Positions 24,537 through 32,000 of a DNA stretch of 32,000 nt are shown one piece after another. Every line of letters starts with the position of its first letter. The first letter of the stretch is position 1. The notes beneath the pieces were generated by a model. The model did no database searches and was not told the DNA's origin. It was given only the letters and a program-made list of their open reading frames with translations. The stretch is from Formosa sp. Hel1_33_131 (GTDB lineage: Bacteria > Bacteroidota > Bacteroidia > Flavobacteriales > Flavobacteriaceae), in contig NZ_CP017260.1 in NCBI RefSeq assembly GCF_001735745.1, positions 1,200,001 to 1,232,000 on the forward strand, read 5' to 3'. The position numbers were made by a program, and so were the translations under genes.

Positions 24537-24786
24537 CCCTGAAAACCCTTATTATCTTGTCATCAATAATAAAATGAATCCCGTAAGGAAAGACTTTTAA
24601 ATGTGCGATCCGTATTGTTTTATACCTGTACGGATACTGTAAAGGATTTTCTTTAATAGCGTCTATTTTATTCCAAAACTCATTATGAAATCTGTCAGCC
24701 AATTCTACTGATATTTTTTCATACTGCCCAATAGTGTTGTTGAAGTTTGCTAAAGAGGCTTCTTCAAACTTTATAGTGTGTTTCAT
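24349..24786 (-). CDS. RelE/ParE-family toxin whose native 3' end is replaced by array sequence
   Basis: Residues 1-84 (24786 down to about 24535), MKHTIKFEEASL...FPYGIHFIIDDKIIRVFRV, fit the Bacteroidota RelE/ParE pattern. The remaining ~60 aa (VPLGLEPRTLCPDSYRG...) are the antisense reading of the tRNA half and the GIY-YIG unit. Confidence 0.6.
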   Translation of the reverse strand: MKHTIKFEEASLANFNNTIGQYEKISVELADRFHNEFWNKIDAIKENPLQYPYRYKTIRIAHLKVFPYGIHFIIDDKIIRVFRVVPLGLEPRTLCPDSYRGSQMLVCFFILSTSSGYFFKFSIKTRLFICLILRSSRRACLFVSV

Positions 24787-25034
24787 TTACGAGTGGTTCG
24801 TTTCCGAAAATCTGATTCACTAATATAATTTAATTCACCCTTTTTATTCTTATCAAGCATCCCATCCATCATCATCTTATAGTCTTCAGTTAACTCAAAA
24901 CTATTGGCTTTTTCACGTAAAACATGCTCCATATAGTTTTTAAGTTTTCTCCCTTCTTTTTCGGCTTGAATTTTTAATATGGCCAATGTATCATTTTCTA
25001 AAGAGACTTCCTTTCGGTGTTTAGTTTGTAACAT
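24783..25034 (-). CDS. Antitoxin partner (ParD/RHH-like)
   Basis: 83 aa, 4-nt overlap with the toxin start. The pattern VSLENDTLAILKIQAEKEGRKLKNYMEHVLREKA is typical of Bacteroidota antitoxins. Confidence 0.6.
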   Translation of the reverse strand: MLQTKHRKEVSLENDTLAILKIQAEKEGRKLKNYMEHVLREKANSFELTEDYKMMMDGMLDKNKKGELNYISESDFRKRTTRK

Positions 25035-25220
25035 GTTCGTTTGTTTTACTGCTAATATACGTATAAATTACGGAATCAAAATTTGCTGCTTCAAAAAAAC
25101 TCCACCAAATATTGTGAATTTCTTGGCACTCATTTGGTGCTAATGCTTTTCCCAACACGGGTTGTTCCAAAGCTACTGAACTAATTATTTATTATATTTG
25201 AAGTATAAACCAATTTGATT

Positions 25221-25647
25221 ATGAAAAATTTTATTTATTTATTTTTCACTGTACTTATCGTTGCTTGTTCAAGTGATGATAGTGATAATAACTCTTCTAA
25301 TCAGACTTTTTTTAGAAAGATATGCTGGTATTGTTTGGGAAGTTAATTCACCAGAAGGAGAATTTGCTTTAGGACTTTCGTTTAATTTAGAAGGATTCAA
25401 AAGGGGTACAGAAGATAGTTGCAACGAATATGTTTGGGGTATCCAAAACTCTACAAATGGTCAAACATGGAATATCGTGGAAAACAATTATGATAATTTA
25501 ATAATTAATAAAGAAACAGAAGATGGAGAAATTGATTTTACGAGTAGAATTACTGTTTCTGATGATGAAAATATATTAACAGAATATATCTCTGATGATG
25601 AAATTTATACAGCAATAAGAACAACTCGAACAGACCCTTGCGAATAA
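25221..25647 (+). pseudogene. Lipoprotein gene interrupted by a frameshift at a T7 homopolymer
   Basis: The ATG at 25221 gives MKNFIYLFFTVLIVACSSDDSDNNSSNQTF (lipobox VAC) and hits a stop at about 25341. The long ORF (to 25647) is in the +1 frame. Removing one T from the run at 25307-25313 joins them as ...NQTFLERYAGIVWEV.... Confidence 0.6.
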
Positions 25648-25978
25648 AAAAGGCAGATTTTAAGCTTTCAAAAAATAAACCACCTATAAACACAAATATA
25701 GCATAAAGTTAGTGTATGTAAGTGATGAGTCCCCTCCCAACAGAGCCCCCACACCTAACTTGCTGTGTTGGGTGTATCCCCTCCATTTTGTTATACTGGA
25801 GTAAATTTTGATCCTTTAGTTTAATTTTTATAAGTTTGTAATGCATCAGGAACGTTAATAGCGTACCAACCGACTTCCTCGAAGCACGGTGGTTTAGAAT
25901 GCGGGAACTCTCCAAAAATTAACGAGTCATCCACATCCTTACTTGTTGCAATTTATGTCTAACTTAAATTGTAATACA

Positions 25979-26107
25979 ATGAAAAACGAAGAAAAAATTA
26001 CCTTATCAGAAGCGGAAAACAAACGCCTTAACGAATTACGCATGAAAGAGCATTATGCTCGATTATGGTTACAACAACAAATTTGGTTAGAGGAGGAAGA
26101 GGGTTAA
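25979..26107 (+). CDS. Small hypothetical ORF (42 aa)
   Basis: MKNEEKITLSEAENKRLNELRMKEHYARLWLQQQIWLEEEEG. No recognisable family. Confidence 0.2.
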   Translation: MKNEEKITLSEAENKRLNELRMKEHYARLWLQQQIWLEEEEG

Positions 26108-26176
26108 TACTTACTATACTTATGAAGTATTAAAATGAAATATTAGAAACTAAGATTAATAAAAACTATTGAAATT

Positions 26177-26383
26177 ATGGATAATGAAACATATTTGAAA
26201 GAAATGGCAAAACACGCACAGAGAAACACTACTAACCCAAAAGAGAATACTCTGAATCAAAAGAAAATTCAGGTTTCGATGTACAAAAAAACAAAGATTG
26301 AAGATTTAGATATAGATTCTTTGGAACTTTATAGACAGATGATGGTGGACAGGTTTGGCGGTCACAGTAATGAGGATGAGTAA
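26177..26383 (+). CDS. Small hypothetical protein (68 aa)
   Basis: Track ORF, hydrophilic, no recognisable family. Confidence 0.3.
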   Translation: MDNETYLKEMAKHAQRNTTNPKENTLNQKKIQVSMYKKTKIEDLDIDSLELYRQMMVDRFGGHSNEDE

Positions 26384-26514
26384 TTGTTTATTTTAACCGT
26401 AAATTAGTCTTTAGTAATAGCTTCTTCCTTTAATTCAGCTATTTCTAGACCTCGTAAATAGGTTAAACTTACGGTTTGGTATATTACTTGCAAAATAACA
26501 GTTATATTTGGATT

Positions 26515-27441
26515 ATGAAAAAACTAATTCTGCTATTGTTATTTGTTCCACTTCTATCTTTTGGGCAGGAACAAAATTACCCTTACAAATGGCCTATGTA
26601 CAATGACACTAATGTCAATTTAGAGGTTGAAGACCCTACATTTGAAATTAATGATGGGCCGTTAATTATGTTTGACTCAACTCACAAAAACTTTTTTATA
26701 CAATCTCATTTGATAAAACCTCTTGTGGACTTATTGATAAATGATGGATACAGAGTAGCATTCCTTGACAAAGAGTTTTCTAAATCAAGTTTAAGTCAAG
26801 CCAGCGTTCTAGTCGTTATTACGGCATTACCGTTTGATTTTGCTACTGAAAACTCAGCAGCAGATAAAAACACTTTTTCTGAAAATGAGCTTGATGAATT
26901 ACAAAACTGGGTAACTGATGGAGGCTCACTTTTGGCCTTCAGCGAACACGCCCCATTTGACCAGGCCATAAACCCATTATTACGAAAATTTGACATTGAG
27001 TCATCTATTGGAACAACTGTAGATACAATTAATTACGAAAGTAAATACGGTCCAGGAATGATAAAATTCGAAAACAAAAATTTGAACACGAATCACCCTA
27101 TTGTAAACGGAAAGTATAAAGTAGAAAAATTAGTTTCATTTGGAGGAAGTGCTCTTTTAGGCTCTAAATATGAAAATATACTAAAACTTGATGAAAGTTC
27201 ATTTAATGTGAAACACTCTACAGGCATAGGACCAGAAGGAAAGGGAAATTCTCAAGGGTTAGCAGGTATGTATGGCTCTGGAAAAGTTGCTGCTTTTGGG
27301 GATTCAAATGGTTTTACTGCAATGGTTTTCAATATGGATGATGGAACTAAAATGTATGCTGGAATGAATACTGAAGGATATGACTGGAAAAATTTTGTTT
27401 TAAACACTTTTAGATGGCTTACTAATTATTCAGAGGAGTAA
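26515..27441 (+). CDS. Secreted hypothetical protein (possibly DUF4350/GATase1-like fold)
   Basis: Preferred start MKKLILLLLFVPLLSFGQ at 26515. The pattern LIMFDSTHKNF...VLVVITALPF...LQNWVTDGGSLLAFSEH suggests a DUF4350-like domain. The function call is weak. Confidence 0.4.
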   Translation: MKKLILLLLFVPLLSFGQEQNYPYKWPMYNDTNVNLEVEDPTFEINDGPLIMFDSTHKNFFIQSHLIKPLVDLLINDGYRVAFLDKEFSKSSLSQASVLVVITALPFDFATENSAADKNTFSENELDELQNWVTDGGSLLAFSEHAPFDQAINPLLRKFDIESSIGTTVDTINYESKYGPGMIKFENKNLNTNHPIVNGKYKVEKLVSFGGSALLGSKYENILKLDESSFNVKHSTGIGPEGKGNSQGLAGMYGSGKVAAFGDSNGFTAMVFNMDDGTKMYAGMNTEGYDWKNFVLNTFRWLTNYSEE

Positions 27442-27536
27442 ACCATAGGCATATTTTCTCTTTCAGTTCAGGGGATTCTAAAGCTTTTAAGTAGATTAGA
27501 CTAATCATTATATTTAAATTATAAACCAATTTAATT

Positions 27537-27767
27537 ATGAAAAAACTATTCTTAGTTTCCGCTTTATTACTCTTCGCTTGTTCTGGTGGGGATGATAATG
27601 AGAACACACCCAATATGTGTATTGATGAAACACTGATTGATTTAGAAAGTGTGTGTATCGAAATCTTTGAACCGGTTTGTGGATGTGATGGCATTACATA
27701 CGACAATAGTTGTATGGCTTTGAATTGGAACGGGGTTATAGCCTATGAAGATGGTCCATGCGATTAA
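27537..27767 (+). CDS. Kazal-type inhibitor-domain lipoprotein
   Basis: Lipobox LLFACSGG, followed by C...C......PVCGCDGITYDNSCMA......C, the Kazal cysteine pattern. Confidence 0.7.
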   Translation: MKKLFLVSALLLFACSGGDDNENTPNMCIDETLIDLESVCIEIFEPVCGCDGITYDNSCMALNWNGVIAYEDGPCD

Positions 27768-27905
27768 TTAATTTTTTACAATATAAAAATAGTTGGGGTT
27801 TGAAAATTATTAATAAAAAACGCACCAAACTACAGGCGCATATTGGTCCCTAAGTTCAGAGAGTTCTAAACTGCTAAAAATTAAAATACATTATCAAATT
27901 TTATA

Positions 27906-30900
27906 TCAAAACTTGACAATGCGTTTTACGGTCGTTGTGTTCTCGGTGCTTATTTTTATCAAGTAAATGCCTTCATTAAACGAGCTCACATCAATTTCAC
28001 TGGAATTGGATGCAGTCATCACACGCTGACCGAGCAATGAATACACTTCAATATCATATCTTTCTGAATTCCCGGCTATGTAAAGCGTGTTGTTAACAGG
28101 GTTCGGATAGACTGTTATCGAATGAGGATCGAGATCATTAATGGAAAGTCCACCACTATTGACGGCATTTGGACTTCCATTGTCATTGATACAACTCCAG
28201 TTTTCTGGCAATTCGTTGTCTAAATCTGGTGTAATCAATTCCAATGTATTTCCAGTTTCATCTGCACACGTCGGCCAAGGTGCTATTGAATCGTAAGACA
28301 CATCGTCCATGAGTTTGCTATCGGAATTGTACACTCTAACAGCATCCGACCCTCCAAATCCAAAGTCCAATTCCCCTATGTATGGAATGTTTGGAAATAC
28401 ACTACTAAAAGCAGCTGCATCTTTAACAAGTACCAAAAATCCATTACCTGCTATTTGAGTTCCTTCCGGAATGACAAATACATGGGTGTCATTGTCGTCT
28501 TTTATTTGCCAATTTGAAATGTCTATAGTCCCTGCTTTTGGATTGTACAATTCAATCCAGTCGCCGGGATTGAACGTAACACTTGATTTGTAATTAATTT
28601 CGTTAATGACCAGTCCTTCAACTTCAATTGGAACATCCACTTCATATGAACAGATGTCCGCAATATCTTTTACAACGACATTATAGTCGCCTACGGCTAA
28701 GTTGGAAAATACATTGTTTTGACTAAAGGTTTGACCTCCATCAATACTATATTGATAAGGACCAACTCCTGAAGTAGGAGTAATGACAATAGATCCATTT
28801 GTTGAAACAACAGATGACACTGCAGTCGCTTCGATATCGACTGAGATAAAATTACAGGATTCTACTGAAACGGTTTCCTCAAATGAGCAAAGCCCCGCAG
28901 CTCCTAAAACAACTACGTTGTAATCCGCTGGTGCCAAATTATCGAATGTATTAGAATCCGTAAATGTTTCTCCTCCATCAATACTGTACTGATATGAACT
29001 CAGTCCAGAATTCGTGTTAATTGTAATAACACCATCATTGGCAGAAGATGAGGTTGCGTGTGATATGTTGATATCCACTGTAATATCACACTCAGATTCA
29101 TCAAGACAAAATACTTCTTTTACGAAGTTGTCAAATTCACCATCATTTGTAAGGATTGTATTCCCTGATGCGTCTATGATTTGAAAATTTCCTTCGCCAA
29201 AGCCACAGCAAATTCCATCTCCGTATGAATCGTAAAAATAAAGAGTAAAGCAAGAGCTATAATTCACACAAATGTCTTCCGAATAAAACTCAGTACCATT
29301 GCTTAAAGAACCCGTGTTTATGATTTGATTGGCTTCATCAACAAGTTTCCAAGAGGTTTCCTGAGGATAATTATCGGCATTGATAATCAGTGTAATCGTA
29401 TCATAATTTGAATCGAGGGTTGTTGTTGTGGAAGCTGAATTGTTAGTTCCGTCTCCATCTATTTGGTTGTTTACGTTTAACACGTTTAGTGTAATGGTAT
29501 TGTTTTCTTGAAGGTTGTTGTCAATCATTATTGTAACTGTTGCTTGTTCCAAAAATGGGATGTCAACAGCAGCATTGAGCATCTCTACGACTGAACCATT
29601 AACGACGACCTCAATTTGCACGTCGGTAATAGTAGTGTAGCCTTGGTTGGCAATGCTTGCACTAACTTCAACCACATCATCACAAAGAACCGATACTTCC
29701 CCAATTGAAAGTGCGGCATCTAAGACGTGAACTTTACTTAAAACTACGTTTAAAGTGTCGTTGTTTTCGTATTCATCATCTGGATGACTCACAATTGCTG
29801 TGACACTATATTCTCCAATAGCTGAAAAATCTTGTGGCACTGTGAATTGAAAATCAGCTTCAGTAAAAGGTTCAATTGTTTGGGAAATTGTAATTGTTTC
29901 CATCGATTGACCGTCCACGACCAACTCGATATCAAAATTACTCATCGGGTTTAACCCTTGATTGGCAATTGTGATTGTTACAAGTTCATTGCTTCCAAGG
30001 TTAGAGGAAGATTGCGGCTCTGTAATTGCTGTAATACCCAAATCATTATCGCCATTAATATTTGCCCAGAATGAAACCCATGGTCTTGCTTGTTTAATTA
30101 CCAACTGATCTTGTGCTGTTACTTTATATTCGATGTCTATTCCAAAGTCATCGGCTCCTACAACATCATAGAGCACTGCAAATCCATCATGAATAACCGT
30201 AAGGAAATCTCTCATTTGATCGATATACACTTGATCCATTACCAGCTCCCCTGGATTCACTAGGTTGGACAGTCTTAACACAAGATATCCGCCGCCTTGT
30301 GTAGGGTCTTCATACAATAAAAGCTCCTCTGGCACCGAGTTCGGATCGGGGTTTGTGATCAAGGACTCTCCTACTTGGGTGTTTAGATAAAAGGTGTCTT
30401 CTGTTTCGTAAATAGGATCGATACTAATGCCGACGCCATTTGATTTTTCCTCTTGAAAATTGGGGTGACAGAGCAGTCCCATCGCTGCTATAAAGTGGTT
30501 CACACGGTAAAAATCTCTTTCCTCATAAGCTCTAAAATTCCACATGCTGGCATAGACCTGTTTGATAGATTTAGAGATATGACCTTCGTCTAGGTATTGC
30601 GTTTTAGAGGTGTATAAACCTGCGCCACTAAATCCGGGTAAATCTTCGTTATTCGTGCTGGATCGACACCTCACGGCCGTCCCTTCTGGAAAATCGTCGT
30701 GCATAACTTGTAAATTGTCCAACATCCATTGCGGCATTGGCGCATCTTTAATGGCTCTTCTAAAATCTTTTAGACGATCAATTCGAAAGTTTAAATCCGT
30801 TTGGAAGCTAGGATTATCGATCATGATTTGTGCCTCTTGATAAAAATTATTGAATTGCATAAATTCATCATAGTAGTAAAATGGAATTCCAAAACCATCA

Positions 30901-32000
30901 GGGATGGTACCCGCTGGAAGTTCAAACGACCTCATAGTGGCAACGTTGGCACACTTTGCTCCAAACGCCGTCGACATTTCAAACGCAATGTCGTCTAAGG
31001 GCATGATTTCCGTGATGCTTAAATCTCGTATTGGCGTTTGTGGTTCTGTGGGTCTCAGTTCTTCATACCAGTCATTCACTTCTGTTAAAGTAGCTTCTCG
31101 TATTTCATACTGCTCGTTTTCTACTTTGTAATAAATATAGCCTCCTAACAGATTTGCTATGGCATCATTGGCTAAAGGATTTGCGATGTATGCATTTGGG
31201 ACATTGTCTTGAATGGCTCTTAGGTTCACGTGCGACAAAGGCGTTTGTATAACAGACGTTATGATGCCTCCCACTCTAGGCAGTGAATTTGGTAGTGCGT
31301 CATAGAGCACAATATCTCTACTTCCAGGAGTTTCATTAAGATCCGTCATGTGTTTAAAAAATCCGTATCCTTCTGCTTCATGAAAAGGGATGTAATTGAT
31401 TTCCGCAAACACATCCGATTCTAAAACCACATCAATTCTAGAACCTACAAAATCATCGGCGTGATTATTGATATGGTCGTTTTCATCAGATTGACCAATA
31501 AAGTGGTTCATGTTATTTTGAAGAAAAGGCATGCTGGCTGCCAATAACTCATACGTTCTTTGAGTGGCCTCAAAATCATAGGCGTTTCCAAAAGAAAAAT
31601 TGACCGAATAGGTTCCTATCACACCACTTGGAAGGATGTCGTTGGGATTAAAAACAATCTCCCCAGAACTGTCATCTCCAGTGACAGATGCACCAATGCC
31701 CCCCCAAAAACTGGCGTGGATGGTATAGGTATTGCTATTGATAAAATAGACCTGTGGTTCGGTGGTATCTCTGTCAAGTATTCCAAACTTAACATACATT
31801 TGATCGTCAAGGAATGGCGCCCAACCCACATTATTTATTGTTGCCAACTCCATAAAAGTTTCAACATCTGGTATTGAGGTTGACCCGTCAATAAGTTCAA
31901 TAGGCGGTGCAAAGTTGAAAGGCGCATCCGTTGGCATGTTATTAAATTCTGTAATGTCATCTATGCCATCTCCATCATAATCGTCAGGAGCTGATACATT
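27906..32000 (-). CDS. Giant T9SS-secreted multidomain protein; N-terminus beyond the window
   Basis: The frame stays open from 31937 to 32000 (NVSAPDDYDGDGIDDITEFNN upstream of the track Met), so the gene is partial. Domains by eye, N- to C-terminal:
- PEP/pyruvate-binding ATP-grasp-like (FGAKCANVATM...GFGIPFYYY...VRCRSSTNNEDLPGFSGAGLYTS...SMWNFRAYEERDFYR...NGVGISIDP)
- CARDB-like repeats
- two SprB-type repeats (…GVITINTNSGLSSYQYSIDGGETF… / …GSIVITPTSGVGPYQYSIDGGQTF…)
- lamin-tail domain (VINEINYKSS...DWIELYNP...ISNWQIKDD)
- T9SS sorting domain (ITVYPNPVNNTLYI...GIYLIKIS...VKRIVKF). Confidence 0.8.
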   Translation of the reverse strand, partial: NVSAPDDYDGDGIDDITEFNNMPTDAPFNFAPPIELIDGSTSIPDVETFMELATINNVGWAPFLDDQMYVKFGILDRDTTEPQVYFINSNTYTIHASFWGGIGASVTGDDSSGEIVFNPNDILPSGVIGTYSVNFSFGNAYDFEATQRTYELLAASMPFLQNNMNHFIGQSDENDHINNHADDFVGSRIDVVLESDVFAEINYIPFHEAEGYGFFKHMTDLNETPGSRDIVLYDALPNSLPRVGGIITSVIQTPLSHVNLRAIQDNVPNAYIANPLANDAIANLLGGYIYYKVENEQYEIREATLTEVNDWYEELRPTEPQTPIRDLSITEIMPLDDIAFEMSTAFGAKCANVATMRSFELPAGTIPDGFGIPFYYYDEFMQFNNFYQEAQIMIDNPSFQTDLNFRIDRLKDFRRAIKDAPMPQWMLDNLQVMHDDFPEGTAVRCRSSTNNEDLPGFSGAGLYTSKTQYLDEGHISKSIKQVYASMWNFRAYEERDFYRVNHFIAAMGLLCHPNFQEEKSNGVGISIDPIYETEDTFYLNTQVGESLITNPDPNSVPEELLLYEDPTQGGGYLVLRLSNLVNPGELVMDQVYIDQMRDFLTVIHDGFAVLYDVVGADDFGIDIEYKVTAQDQLVIKQARPWVSFWANINGDNDLGITAITEPQSSSNLGSNELVTITIANQGLNPMSNFDIELVVDGQSMETITISQTIEPFTEADFQFTVPQDFSAIGEYSVTAIVSHPDDEYENNDTLNVVLSKVHVLDAALSIGEVSVLCDDVVEVSASIANQGYTTITDVQIEVVVNGSVVEMLNAAVDIPFLEQATVTIMIDNNLQENNTITLNVLNVNNQIDGDGTNNSASTTTTLDSNYDTITLIINADNYPQETSWKLVDEANQIINTGSLSNGTEFYSEDICVNYSSCFTLYFYDSYGDGICCGFGEGNFQIIDASGNTILTNDGEFDNFVKEVFCLDESECDITVDINISHATSSSANDGVITINTNSGLSSYQYSIDGGETFTDSNTFDNLAPADYNVVVLGAAGLCSFEETVSVESCNFISVDIEATAVSSVVSTNGSIVITPTSGVGPYQYSIDGGQTFSQNNVFSNLAVGDYNVVVKDIADICSYEVDVPIEVEGLVINEINYKSSVTFNPGDWIELYNPKAGTIDISNWQIKDDNDTHVFVIPEGTQIAGNGFLVLVKDAAAFSSVFPNIPYIGELDFGFGGSDAVRVYNSDSKLMDDVSYDSIAPWPTCADETGNTLELITPDLDNELPENWSCINDNGSPNAVNSGGLSINDLDPHSITVYPNPVNNTLYIAGNSERYDIEVYSLLGQRVMTASNSSEIDVSSFNEGIYLIKISTENTTTVKRIVKF

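Noticed and set aside
25650-25960. Locally GC-richer patch with a 68-aa minus ORF (25709-25915), considered as an ncRNA or IS remnant
   Set aside because: I could not recognise any family, inverted repeats or convincing secondary structure. The ORF has no motif and an odd composition. Left unannotated.

Overview
Low-GC Bacteroidota (Flavobacteriia-like) chromosomal window; several proteins carry T9SS C-terminal sorting domains, SprB-type repeats or a PorZ-like architecture. All calls below rest on reading the sequence and ORF translations by eye, with no searches run.

Positions 1-15.0 kb are an ordinary housekeeping block: partial TonB-dependent receptor, recO, PorZ-like propeller, gdhA, DinB-family, ArsC-family, EamA transporter, YicC, gmk, nadD, dusB, LolE-like permease, rbfA and methylmalonyl-CoA epimerase.

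A tRNA(CAT) gene at 15029-15102 anchors an unusual accessory region (15.0-25.2 kb):
- Array: a perfectly periodic 391-bp tandem array. Each unit carries the last 34 nt of the tRNA, a terminator-like hairpin, a 95-aa GIY-YIG (YhbQ/URI-type) ORF, and a pseudo-anticodon arm in which the loop is replaced by an 18-nt palindrome. There are five units at 15069-17057 and about 1.4 more at 23957-24536.
- Island: a roughly 6.9-kb composite island splits the array. It encodes a 460-aa ORF with family-A-polymerase-like motifs and two paralogous DUF1566/C-type-lectin-like proteins. It also holds a truncated Avd-like gene, a 21-nt fragment of a different tRNA, and an excisionase/tyrosine-integrase pair.
- DGR signature: the 99-bp 3' ends of the two DUF1566 paralogs differ exactly as diversity-generating-retroelement (DGR) variable regions do. 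No template repeat or reverse transcriptase is present in the window.
- Beyond the array: a RelE/ParE toxin with its 3' end replaced, its antitoxin, a lipoprotein gene frameshifted at a T7 tract, a Kazal-domain lipoprotein, and a giant T9SS-secreted protein (over 1360 aa) with a PEP/pyruvate-binding (PPDK_N) ATP-grasp-like domain.
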